DNA from: Mobula birostris
Lineage: Eukaryota
NCBI RefSeq assembly: GCF_030028105.1
Contig: NC_092394.1
Coordinates: forward strand, 28,130,752-28,194,751
Direction of reading: 5' to 3'
DNA length: 64,000 nucleotides
Under the pieces are notes generated by a model, which was not told where the DNA came from, ran no database searches, and worked only from the letters and a program-made list of their open reading frames with translations. Positions 12,034-62,593 of this stretch are shown here, one piece after another. The stretch's first letter is position 1, and every line of letters starts with the position of its first letter. The translations under genes were made by a program, and so were the position numbers.

Positions 12034-12895
12034 TGTCATGAGCCCTGCCCCACGTTTCTTTCAGATCTGCCTCAGGACCAGATTTTCCACTGCTGCCTCG
12101 AGCTCCAAGTCTGCCATGTGCTTTTCAGACCTGCCCCGAGAGGTCGAGCTCCAGGTTCTGCCTTGCGTTTTTCAGACCGGCCTCGAGAGGTCGAGCTCCA
12201 AGTCTGCCATGTGCTTTTCAGACCTGCCCCGAGAGGTCGAGCTCCAGGTTCTGCCATGAGCTTTTCAGACCTGCCCCAAGAGGTCGAGCTCCAGGTTCTG
12301 CCTTGCGTTTTTCAGACCGGCCTCGAGAGGTCGAGCTCCAAGTCTGCCATGTGCTTTTCAGACCTGCCCCGAGAGGTCGAGCTCCAGGTTCTGCCTTGCG
12401 TTTTTCAGACCGGCCTCGAGAGCTCCCTGGGTTGTCAGGTGCTGGCCTTAGAGGTAGAGGTACTGTCATGAGCCCTGTGGTTTGCCATAGAGCATTGAGC
12501 TTTTAGGGGTTTTTTTTGTATTTACTAATCAATATCTTAACTAGAATTGTTAAGCCCTTGTGTTTCTTGGTTTAATCTTGTCAAGTAAGTTAGGGCTGAC
12601 ACATGTTTCCCGCATTCTATGATTATTTAAAGTCTCTGGCTCAGTGCTCTGATGAAGGTCATTGTGTCAGAGAGAGTGAACTGTTTCGTGCTGTTGCTCA
12701 GTCGCTCCTCTGAGGCTCTGTTGGTATTCTGGTGTCTAAACTCTTATTTCTGTCTCTTCCTGAGGATCCTGCCATTCCTCTGCTCCTAGTTCGAGTCATG
12801 AACTTCTGGGTTGAATGGGTGCCAGCAACCTCCATGACAGAGAAAGCAGAGGAATTCTGCACCTGGGTCCAGTCCTTCGAGAGCGTGCCATGACA
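12034..12895 (+). mobile_element. Non-autonomous Gypsy-like LTR element: 14-bp 5' LTR remnant, minisatellite interior, PPT, 3' LTR (12464-12895)
   Basis: TGTCATGAGCCCTG at 12034 and 12464; purine tract AGAGGTAGAGGTAC directly before 12464; CATGACA end at 12895; TATTTAA and CTGCACCTGGGTCC inside the LTR. Confidence 0.7.
12098..12422. repeat. 46/47-bp GC-rich minisatellite, 7 units (A B A C B A B)
   Basis: Units start with TCGAGCTCC at 12098, 12144, 12191, 12237, 12284, 12331, 12377. Confidence 0.97.
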
Positions 12896-13879
12896 TTCTC
12901 CCATCATTAGAAGCATCCTCTCCATATCCATTTTACATAGGTCATTCAATATTCAGAAGGTTTCAATGAGATACTCATCTAATTCTTTTAAACTCCAGTA
13001 AGTCCCCAAATATTCCTCATATGTTATCCTTTTTATTCTGGGGATCATTTTCGTAAGCTTCCTCCAGACCTTCTCCAGCGCTAGCACTTCCTTTCTTAGG
13101 TAATGGGCCCAAAACTGCTCACAATACTCCAAACTTGGTCTTGCCATTGCCTTTGAAGACTCAGCATTACATCCCTACTTTTATATTCCAGTCTTTTTGA
13201 AACAAATGCTAAAGAAGTCTTCTGCCAAAGAGTTTTTCTCTGCTCTGCCTGAATCTTTTATATATTAATAAACTCATTGAGATCTCTTCTCAACCTCTTC
13301 TGTTCCAAGAAACCAACTCTAGCTAAAATCACTCATCCTTGGAATTATTCTAGTAAAGTGCTTCTGGAACCTTCATAAGGAGTGGCTTTCCAGAAATGGA
13401 CACAATATTCCAATTCTAGTCAAACCAGTGTCTTTATCACAGATCAGTTTCTTGAATCTTGACTATTCATCAATGTCCTGATGAAGGGTCTTGATTTGAA
13501 ACACCAAATATTTATTTCCCACCATAGATACAGCTTGACTTGCTGATTTCCTCCTGGATTTTGTACGTGTTGCTCAATATATTACTTGTGTTTGGTGTCT
13601 TAATCTTCAGTCTTCTTCAGTATACTTCAGGAAATCATCTGCATCTAATGGAAGTATTTTCTTTTCTTGAGATAATGTAACCATGTACTTAATTTACTTC
13701 CCTAACATTCCGTGACATCTCCTAAGAAGAGGTCTGAGCATACAGTCTCACAAAACTTTATGATACACTATTGATATTACCATATGGAACTGGAGACAAT
13801 TCAGCTCATCAACTATATGTTAGTGCCCAGAGCAATCCTTTTAATTCCAATCCTCATCTTAATTTGCTCTAATGTATCC

Positions 13880-14250
13880 CCTCTCACATGCCCATTACCA
13901 AGACACTCCTGTCATTGGGTCCCCTTCCCCTAAGGTTCCAATCTGCTTTACCTCCCTTATTTGATTCCAAGTTCCACCTTCCTTTCCCATCTGATTCCAT
14001 TATCTTCAGCCTTCTGTTGCCTCCACCAATCATTTTCCAGCCTCTATTTCTCATTCCACACTTCTCTCTGCCTAAAACACCTCTCCTCACCTAGATCCAC
14101 CCTCCCTTCACCTTTTTATGTTGGAGACCTCGCCTTTATCTTTCAGTCTAGATGAAGGGTATCAAACCGAAACACCGACAGTCCATTTTTCTCCGGAGAT
14201 ACTACCTGAACCTTCAGCACTTTATTTTTCGCTCTAAATTCCAACATCAT
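13880..14250 (+). mobile_element. Old PLE pseudo-LTR fragment
   Basis: Pyrimidine-rich tract, then cagtctagatgaagggtatcaaaccgaaacaccgac (decayed hammerhead). Confidence 0.6.
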
Positions 14251-14886
14251 GTGTGCCAATTAACAGTCTGAATGCCTTAACAGCCATCTCCACTCTGGCT
14301 AATTTATACTAGTCAATTAATTTAACAGCCCAAATCCCTTTGGATCTGTATCATTGCAAATTGTATCATGCAATTGAAATGATATCACGTATCATTGAAA
14401 TGGCTTTGCCTCAGTTTTTATTCCAAATTAGAATGAAACTGAACTATGCCTTGAGCATCTTGTATAATCAACATTTCTACAGGAGCGTTCCTGCTGTGAA
14501 ATGAGGCGCCATTCTGTAAACTAGATGAAATATTGGGGATGCTGGAAACAGAAACAATAACAGGAAATGGCGGAAACACACAGCAGGTCAGGTGATATCA
14601 ATTTTCTAACAACTTTCCATATTAACATGAAAACTGACCCTTCTGCTTCCCCATTTGAAGCTGAAGTGAAGAGAACCGAAACTATGCTTTATTCCTTTGT
14701 CCATCATATGATGCAATGAGCTTAACTGTGCAGCATCACATGAGGCAATGTTTTTAAAACACAGGAGACATGAGAACCTGGAGCAAAGAGATTCAGCAGA
14801 TTGCGCATCATTTACCGGAGAAAGGGAATTGTCAGCATTTTTGATTGAAACTCTACATCAGGAAACAGTTTTATATTGTTCTAGAA

Positions 14887-15051
14887 CAGGGGTGGCCAAC
14901 CTTTTACATTCCATGCATCAACTTTTTCACTCACGAGTTCAAACGCGCCATACAACTTTTGTACCCTCATTCAATTCTTGTAAAAATGTTAATATAGAAC
15001 TCGTGTGTGAAAAAATTGACGCATGGAATGTAAAAGCTTGGCCACCCCTTG
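14887..15051. mobile_element. hAT (Charlie-type) MITE
   Basis: TIR CAGGGGTGGCCAACCTTTTACATTCCATGC; 8-bp TSD TTCTAGAA at 14879-14886 and 15052-15059. Confidence 0.92.
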
Positions 15052-15129
15052 TTCTAGAAGGTTCTTTAAACATTTCCATATTTCCTTACAGCATGGGAAT
15101 ATGTAGGCCTCAAAGTAATCCCATTCTCC

Positions 15130-15385
15130 ATTAATTTTCTCTATAAACTATTCTTTCCATATTCCAATCATTTTTACCACTAAGGTACATTAATAGTTTC
15201 TAAACAACCAACTACATGTCTTTGGGATTTGGGTGGTGGGTGGGGGAGCCAGAACACCCAGAAAAAACGCAGGAGATTACAGGCTGAATAAGCAAACTCC
15301 ACACAGACAGCACTGGAGGTCAGGATTGAATCCAGGTCACTGGTCCCAGGTATCAGCTCTACCTGCTATGCCACTGTGCAGCCCA
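15130..15385 (-). mobile_element. V-SINE/HE1-like tRNA-derived SINE (decayed)
   Basis: Reverse complement of the SINE at 19590 (caaactccacacagacagcac...ggattgaatccagg). Confidence 0.6.
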
Positions 15386-18272
15386 AATATTGAACTATGT
15401 TTGCATATTATACAAGACTTGTTAATAATGGATCACTTTAGAGAAACATCTGATGCACACCGAACACACTTACAAAAAATAAGAGAACGTTTTCAAAGAT
15501 AAGGAATAATGAAGAGAGATTGCCAAGACTCTTGTTATTTTTTTTTTCTGAAACATTGGAAGCCAAAAGGAGATTTAAGTGTTTTAATTGGAGGCTGAAG
15601 GAAGATCTAACTGAAATATTTGAGGCCCTCCATTGTTCAGGGTTGACCATAGATGTTGCATCCTAGTTATGGTATCGTCAGTTGATTCGCAAGCCAGGGC
15701 AGTATGATTAGCTGTTGTCCATGCTTCTGGCTCCCTCTCTTCCAAGCAGTTGATGAATCCAAAGGAATGGCAGAGACCGGTACAGTTTGGCACCAGCAGC
15801 ATTGCAGGAGTTGCTGATCAGTTTTGATCTCAATGTAGGACTACCTTAGGGACTGCAGCTCCGGATTTTTCCTCAGGGTTTACTCTTGAAGCCTTCCCCA
15901 TGAGTGGTATAGCTGCAAGGCAGTGGAGGTTTGAGATCAGTTTCTTTCTCCTAGATGTGCTGATGAGTTCCATCTGCTCGAAGCGACTGGTTTTAAGGCA
16001 CCAGTAACCTACCTTTGCCTCACGTCAACAGGAACGGTTGCGCCTAACTTGGCTGGATTAAGTTGTCAGAGTCTATTTGAGACACACATAGGTAGCGGGT
16101 GCTTAACCCCACTACCACCCACCCCAAGCTATGACAATCTTAAAGAACCATTAAGGTAAACTAAAACTCCCAGGTATTGTGCATTTGGAATATGAAATTT
16201 CCTGAGAGCATAAATTTAAGATAATATCTAGGATAGGGGAGAGTTGAATGGACACAGGTAGGTGGTGAGGATTTGGCTTATAAATACTATTCAGAGTTTG
16301 TAGGAGCCCAGACTGATCATTTGCAGGTAAAGTGGGGGGCAAAACCCTTCATTTTAACAAGTAGGATGAGAAAATGTTGTTACTTCAGCTCTCCTCCAGC
16401 AGCCATGTATACACTGGGCTGAATAACCTATGGTGCAAATTTCTGTGATTCTACTACTGTGATAATTTACACACTTACAGCACAGAAACAGATTTTATCT
16501 GATTTGTAGCATTGTGTACGTCTTTCTATTTTGTTCGTTAGTTCATAAAGACGTCATTCTGCAGCTTTGTCACCCACTTGAATGTTATCTAACATTCATG
16601 CAATTTACAACCACTACCATGTTGTAGTCAGTTCCATGTTCTCATCATTCTGCGAGATTATCACATCTCTAGTCCTGTTTCTGAGACAAGAGCACTATTC
16701 AGAGCTTCACCGTGAGACTGTTGTACTGTCAAAAGTGAAGACATTCAGCATGCCTGCCCTCTTATCTAGCATCAAGCACCTCCGTAAAGAGCATGGACCA
16801 ACCCTTAAAGTCCTCAGATAATACTTATCCCATAAACAAGTTTTAACCTCATTCTTTTAAAATCATAAATGTGATTATGAGCACTTTACTGATCAAACTG
16901 GCTGCTCTTTCCTCTACCAGTGGTTATGCATTTTAAAAATATTAGTGGGCTACAATACCCAAAGATATCCTGAAAGTGTATTGGATGCTGATTAAATGCA
17001 AATTTAGTCAAATTCCATTCTCAGCACATCTGCTTTTCAAGTGGACCCTTAGCTTTCTCAGTACTTTGTATGCCTCAGTGTCTGGGGTAGAGAGCCTGCC
17101 ATAGCAGCGCTTATAAATGAAACTGCAGTTGCAGGAAATCTTAAAATTAAAATGCAGTACTAGAAATACTCAACCAGTCAATCAGACAGTATCCAGGCAA
17201 AAGGAACAGTCAATGTTCAGGCCTAAACCCCTTTATAACTACTTCTCTTAGTAATCGAGATTGTGAGAAAAATTAACAAGCCACTCTTCACAATTATTGC
17301 ATTCATTTATACTGTTACCATTATATAGAATAAAAATATTCTTATTAAACAAAATGAAGAATTATTTATATTTTCCAGCAGAACAGTGAATTTCGCGAAA
17401 ACACCCAACTTTCTAGCTACTAAGCTTATTATTGAGAACATGCTTTAAACTTGTGGCATTTGTCAGCTTATACATACCACTTGTCCTACTTTGAAGCGTT
17501 GAACAGGGAACTATGGAGAAGTGCAAGCCAGACCTGATAACACAATACAATATTGTGCACAGGAACTAAAAAGGCAGAATACCCATTTCAAAAGCCAACA
17601 GTTTCTTTTTCCCCAAAAGTTTAAATACATTTTGTTGGCCGAAGACAGGTGGGAAAGGAAGTGAAAATAGCATGCCAGAATGATCATACCCGAAGACATA
17701 GTTCAGAAAGTGGCCAATTCATATTTAGCACCACTAGGAGTCTTCCACAAGATACTAGGATGGCATATGCCTATTAGATTGGAAGATGTGCACATACATT
17801 GCCCTCATTTTGTTACAAACTTTTAGGACATTCAACACCTGCAGGTCAGGTAACTAAGTAGTTCCATTACAGCCTCACTGTGATCTAAAGTAACTTCTGA
17901 ATCTTTCACACACATACACTTGCCCAATCTTGCTGAATGAAGCGCAATTTTGATGAAATTAGATTAAGATGCATATTTTACTTCCAGAATATTTATGTTC
18001 ATCAGATATTATAAAATTCAAACAATCAATTTTGAGTTTAGTTAAAAATTTAAACTTTAATCCAGCATTTCTAAACTCTACACACCATTGCACAAGAAAA
18101 TTCAGTTTTAATACAGATAAATGTTTAAAGTAGCTCAATTTTCACTAAGTAGATGCCAGTTAAAGGGAAATATTTAACACAAAACTACCATCTCACAGAT
18201 TATCACAAGATGTGGGTTGAACTTGTACTATGAACAAAAGCTGAAATTTAACAGAGGTCACGAGAATTAAAA

Positions 18273-18278
18273 TTTATT
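18273..18278 (-). terminator. Probable PRPF8 polyadenylation signal
   Basis: AATAAA on the minus strand about 48 nt after the stop codon. Confidence 0.7.
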
Positions 18279-18325
18279 TGTTGAATATCAACAGTACACA
18301 ATTTCCATGATAAATGCGTGACTTT

Positions 18326-57764
<39,439 letters not shown>

Positions 57765-58974
57765 TTTTGTCGATTCTGAAGAAATGACAAATTATATTTC
57801 TTTAATTGTAAGAATACATCTGTTCTTATGTCAAATATACCTGTTAGCGTTCCGCTAGTGCAAGCACCATAATACCCAGTGCCCATTGACATTTCTAATT
57901 GTGTGAAATACACTGACATATACATTAAAAATGCAAAAAAAATTAAAGAATGATTCAAACATCTGCATAAAAAGCTATGAAATTCTGTTTATTCACCAAC
58001 ATTCCAGAACACAAGGAAGTTGCTGTACAAAGAAACTGAATTATCTAGTTTTATGCTAAAATCATTTAATAAGACTTAATCATATCCTCAACTCCAAATT
58101 AACACCTACCTGTAGTAATCAATCTCTGCCTTTAAATACACTATTTCTGTACTTTAAGGAAGAGAGTTAGAAAGATGCAAAACTGTCTTAAAAGAAAATG
58201 CACCATGTCTCACCTGTATTAAATTGGCTACACCTTCTTTAAAACAGCAATCTCTCATCTAGACACTCACAAAATAGGAAACCTCTCTACATTCAGCCCT
58301 GAGTATTGTTATAAGTTTGAATAAAGTCATTATCACACTTCTCAACTACAGCAAATACACCTAACTTTTCCAATCTTGCCTCATACGTCAACCTTTGCAC
58401 AATTAAGTCTAGTAAAGCCTCTCTGAACTGCTTTCAATGCACTTATTACCTGCCTTAAATGAGATCACAAAATTAAAGTATTTTGGATGTCTTAGATCTT
58501 GCTAACCATCATCTAATCCCTCCAGTTAAGATGCAACATATGTCTTGTGGAGCCCCCTTCCATCCATCCCACAATCCCTTTGAGTTCCTACTCAAGGCAG
58601 AGGGTATTGCAGTACAAGAGCAAGGACTGTTAGGTTGGGTAACAGCTTCTTCCCCCAGACAGTGAGACTTAGGTCCCTGAAGAACATTGTTTCATTTAGC
58701 TGTGTACAGTGGAATGACAATAGGAACCTGATTTGATAGCTATCCAAGCAGCAATTTCTTCAACCTTTCAAATATCTCTCAGCAGCAATACCTACAGAGT
58801 TGCTGTTGCTCTGTAACCTGCCACTGCTCAGTAATTTACGAACATATTATTAGTTTCCACATATATCTCAATCAGGTTTATTATCACTATCTTATATGAT
58901 GTGACATTTGATGTTTACGGCAGCTGTACAATGCAAGGATGTAAAATTACAATATATCATCATATAAATAAATA

Positions 58975-59192
58975 GTGTAAGAAAGGTAGTAGAGGAGTTA
59001 TTACAGAAACAGTGACCCTGTTCAATTCCGCCATTGTAAGGAGTTGTCCATTCTCCCAGCGACTGTGCAGGCTCCCATTTCCTCCCACATTCCAAATTCC
59101 TATTGGTTATTAGGTTAATTGGGCACATGGATGTAACTGGGTGTTATGGGCTCTTTAGGCCGGAAGGGCCCGTTAACATGCTGTCACTTCTA
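58975..59192 (+). mobile_element. V-SINE-like element (decayed)
   Basis: gttcaattccgcc B box; ttcctcccacattccaaa; ggccggaagggcc. Confidence 0.6.
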
Positions 59193-59212
59193 AAACAGAA
59201 GGAATAACAAGG

Positions 59213-59381
59213 TAAACATGAGGAATTCTGCAGATGCTGGAAATTCAAGCAACACACATCAAAGTTGCTGGTGAACGCAGCATCTCTAGGAAGAGGTACA
59301 GTCGACGTTTCCGGCCCTAAACATCGACTGTACCTCTTCCTAGAGATGCTGCCTGACCTGCTGCGTTCACCAGCAACTTTG
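59213..59381. mobile_element. Collapsed fold-back PLE (two inverted pLTR ends)
   Basis: Palindrome 59259-59382; 13-bp TSD AGGAATAA(CA/TG)AGG at 59200-59212 and 59382-59394. Confidence 0.85.
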
Positions 59382-60609
59382 AGGAATAATGAGGCAGCGC
59401 TCATGGATTTATGGACCACTGAGAAATTTGATAACGAGGGGCTAGAAGTTGTTCCTCTATCATTGAATGTAGATCTTTAGGTTCCAATACCTCCTCCACT
59501 TTTCCCCTCTCCTTTCCAACCCTTAATTTACTGCTCCCTGTGAGATGCTAGTTGTATGTTTTGTACTAGACAGCAATACATCTATATAACTTATCTGCCA
59601 TTTTCTTATTTTCCATTAATTCCCGAGACTCAACTTCTATAGGCCAAATCCTTATTAAAAATTATTTTTTTAAAATATCTAAACACTTTTTACATTCTTT
59701 GTTAGCTTTATCTCACACTCTATTCTTTCATTACCTTTTTCAGTCTTTCTTTGTTACTCTTGTATTCTGACATGTCACCAATCTCTGTGTAACCATTCTT
59801 GTTTTAGCTTTTATAGTTCACTACAGATGGTGGGCATGAAAGGTTCTGAAATTTTCTGCCATTTAATTTTCTTCATTAATCCACGTATAAGTCAGTCATT
59901 ATTTTGTTAAGTAAGCACTTTCAAGTTTAGTTTATTGCCATTAATTATACAGGTGTACCAACAAATGAAACAATGTTCCTCCAGATTAAGGCATACAACA
60001 CAGTACATATACCTCACACTCACAACATATAAAATAATTTTACTCACAAATAATAAGGCATATTTACAACAAAAGATAAAAGAAAACAGTGTAATACTAC
60101 TAGCGCTTCATACTTGATGAGACCTAGATGGTGGCAGGAAGTTCAGTTGTTTCCCATCCTGACAGTTTTTGTCTTAATGCAGTGATGCCTCCTACCTGAT
60201 GGTAGGGGGTTCAAAGGGATTGTTGGACGGATGGGAGGGAATCACTGATGCAGCGTATGCAGCGCTCCTGCTAAATAATTTCTGAAGGCTGGAACCAATT
60301 AACCAGAATCCACTGTACTCAATATTCAACTTAAACAACTTTTGACACGTGTCCATTGCCCTCTTGTACTAGCAGTGTTTCTCCAAAAACGTCAGTTAGT
60401 CCTTTACATAACTTTTCTGCATAAATCGTTTAATCTGTAAGTAGACAATGCATTCTCTTTTGAAAATTCTAATGGCACCTACTTCTACCACCCTTGCAAT
60501 GTATGCGCCTTTTACATTCAGCATGCTAAGGACCAAATCTATTATGTCTGGTTATTCTTTTCTATGATAATTATTTTTGGAGCGGGAGATTGCTAACTAG
60601 GTAACCCAA

Positions 60610-61055
60610 CCTACCGATCGGAGTTGCCACAATGAACTAGGCCGCCATGCAGCCCGGAACACCAGGCCCAACCCTTCACGGGTACACTTTAACCCCTAGC
60701 CCGCCAGCACTCAACAAGCTTAGAAACTGAATTCCGATCCGTGCAACACACCTCGGCCTTGCAACCGAGCGAACGTCAGTATAAACTTCACCGGACGCCA
60801 CTCATCAGCCCGCCGTTAACTCCAGCAACCGAACGAGGCACCTCCGGACGGCACACGGATGTGGGTAGGCGGGTCTTCCTGTTCCGAGCCTCACAGCCTC
60901 CCGTCCCCATTGGTAGCATGTTTGTGATTGATATGTTCTCCAACGACTGCAAACATGCTGAAGTTGAGTTTGTGTGGAGGATGTGAGGAAATTTTGCTGG
61001 AAATTTGTAGTTTACAGAGAGAGGAATGGACAAGTCCGGGCGGGGGCGGGGGGAG
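60610..61055 (-). promoter_or_regulatory. CpG-rich PRPF8 promoter / non-coding first exon region
   Basis: CpG-rich non-repeat segment upstream of the ATG exon. GC boxes at 61038-61053, CCAAT at 60909-60913, tandem ETS-like GGAA sites at 60875-60886. Candidate donors at 60791 (CCG|GTGAAG) and 60614 (TCG|GTAGGT). Exon 1 limits not resolved. Confidence 0.65.
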
Positions 61056-61398
61056 CATTTCAGAGGTCAGTAATATTGAAAAGTGGAGGTAATAAAGGTA
61101 GGGAATTAGAAATGGGGGGAGGGATCTGAAGATAATGGCTTTGATCTTTCAAATATTGAACTAGAGGAAGTTTTTCCTCCTCCCATACTGGAACTTGATT
61201 TAAACAGCAGCCTGCACACCTTGACCCTCCTCAACTAAATGACTAGCTTTTGTTTTGCTGACATTGAGGACAAGATTGTTATGATACCATGCCACTAGGT
61301 TCTCTTATCTTTGCCGTGAACTTCATCTCATTGTTACAACACACATCAAAGTTGCTGGTGAACGCAACAGGCCAGGCAGCATCTCTAGGAAGAGGTAC

Positions 61399-61434
61399 AG
61401 TCGACGTTTCGGGCCGAGACCCTTCGTCAGGACT
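61399..61434 (-). ncRNA. Minimal type I hammerhead ribozyme motif in inverted PLE pseudo-LTR
   Basis: Minus strand AGTC-CTGACGA-A-GGG(TCTCGG)CCC-GAAAC-GTC-GACT. Confidence 0.8.
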
Positions 61435-61903
61435 AACTGAAGGAAGAACTAGTAATTCCACATCCCATTCCCATTCTGACATGTCTACCCACGGCCTTCT
61501 CTACTGTAAAGATGAAGCCACACTCAGGTTGGAGGAACAACACCTTGTATTCCGTCTGGGTAGCCTCCAACCTGATGGCATGAACATTGACTTCTCTAAC
61601 TTCCGCTAATGCCCCACCTCACCCTCGTACCCCATCCGTTATTTATTTATATACACACATTCTTTCTCTCTCTCTCCTTTTTCTCCCTCTGTCCCTCTGA
61701 CTATACCCCTTGCCCATCCTCTGGGTTTTCCCCCCGCCCCCTTTTCTTTCTCCCTGGGCCTCCTGTCGCATGATCCACTCATATCTCTTTTGCAAATCAA
61801 CTGTCCAGCTCTTGGCTCCATCCTCCCCCTCCTGTTTTCTATCATTTTGGATCTTCCCCTCCCCCTCCCACTTTCAAATCTCTTACTAGCTCTTCCTTCA
61901 GTT

Positions 61904-61939
61904 AGTCCTGACGAAGGGTCTTGGCCCGAAACGTCGACT
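61904..61939 (+). ncRNA. Minimal type I hammerhead ribozyme motif in PLE pseudo-LTR
   Basis: AGTC-CTGACGA-A-GGG(TCTTGG)CCC-GAAAC-GTC-GACT: core boxes CUGANGA and GAAA, GUC cleavage triplet, stem I AGUC/GACU, stem II GGG/CCC, palindromic ACGU stem III. Confidence 0.8.
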
Positions 61940-62593
61940 GTACCTCTTCCTAGAGATGCTGCCTGGCCTGCTGCGTTCACCAGCAACTTTGATGTGTGTT
62001 GCTTGAATTTCCAGCATCTGCAGAATTCCTCGTGTTTACATTCATCTCATTGTTATTTGGGATTCAGCCCATTGCAGTGGTGTTACCTGCGAATTTATAT
62101 ATGGATTTAAACCAATATGGCCATGTAGTTGTGAATGTACAGGGAGTAGAGATGGGCCGAACACACTGCTTTGTGGGCACCAGTGTTGAGGATAATCATG
62201 GTGAAGGAGTTGCTTCAGAATCAGGTTGGTTATCACCAGCATGTGACATGATATTTGTTAATAACTTAGCAGTCCTATCTTTACTTATCCATGAGTGAGG
62301 AAGATAAGGATCCAGTTGCAAAGGGAGTTGTTGAATCCCAGGTCTAAGAAGTTGGAGATAAATTATCTTGGAATTAAGGTATTGAGAGCAGAGATAAAAG
62401 TCAATAAACAATAATATAATGTAGGTCTTTTAACTGTCTGGGTGCCCCGGAAATGAGTGTAGCCCCAGGAAGACGGTGCCCACCTTAGGCTTTGGCAGTA
62501 GGCGAAATACAGAGGGCCGAGGCTGGAGTTGATGTGTGTCATAACCAGCCTCTTGAAGCATTTCATGATGCTGGATGTCAGAATCACTGTGTT

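Larger units (their letters stand above)
11712..13215 (-). mobile_element. CR1 LINE 3' fragment split by an LTR-element insertion
   Basis: ARPSLEYCEQFWAHYLRKE; CR1 sequence stops at 12033 and resumes at 12896. Confidence 0.85.
61337..62040 (+). mobile_element. 5'-truncated Penelope-like element with inverted 5' pLTR, GIY-YIG C-terminus, 3' pLTR and tail
   Basis: HSHSDMSTHGLLYCKDEATLRLEEQHLVFRLGSLQPDGMNIDFSNFR*; 119-bp inverted arms 61337-61455 / 61883-62001; 15-bp TSD TTCATCTCATTGTTA at 61322-61336 and 62041-62055. Confidence 0.93.
61190..62590 (-). mobile_element. Rex1-like RT fragment interrupted by a PLE
   Basis: VILTSSIMKCFKRLV...PLYFAY; the host sequence continues across the TSD. Confidence 0.75.

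Noticed and set aside
12098-12422. Regularly spaced repeats with palindromic cores, superficially CRISPR-like
   Set aside because: No unique spacers (the whole unit repeats), no cas genes, vertebrate context; it is a minisatellite
14638-14726. Possible minus-strand AG...GT-bounded exon of a downstream gene
   Set aside because: The only open frame (LSSLHHMMDKGIKHSFG...) matches nothing I recognise and no partner exons were found
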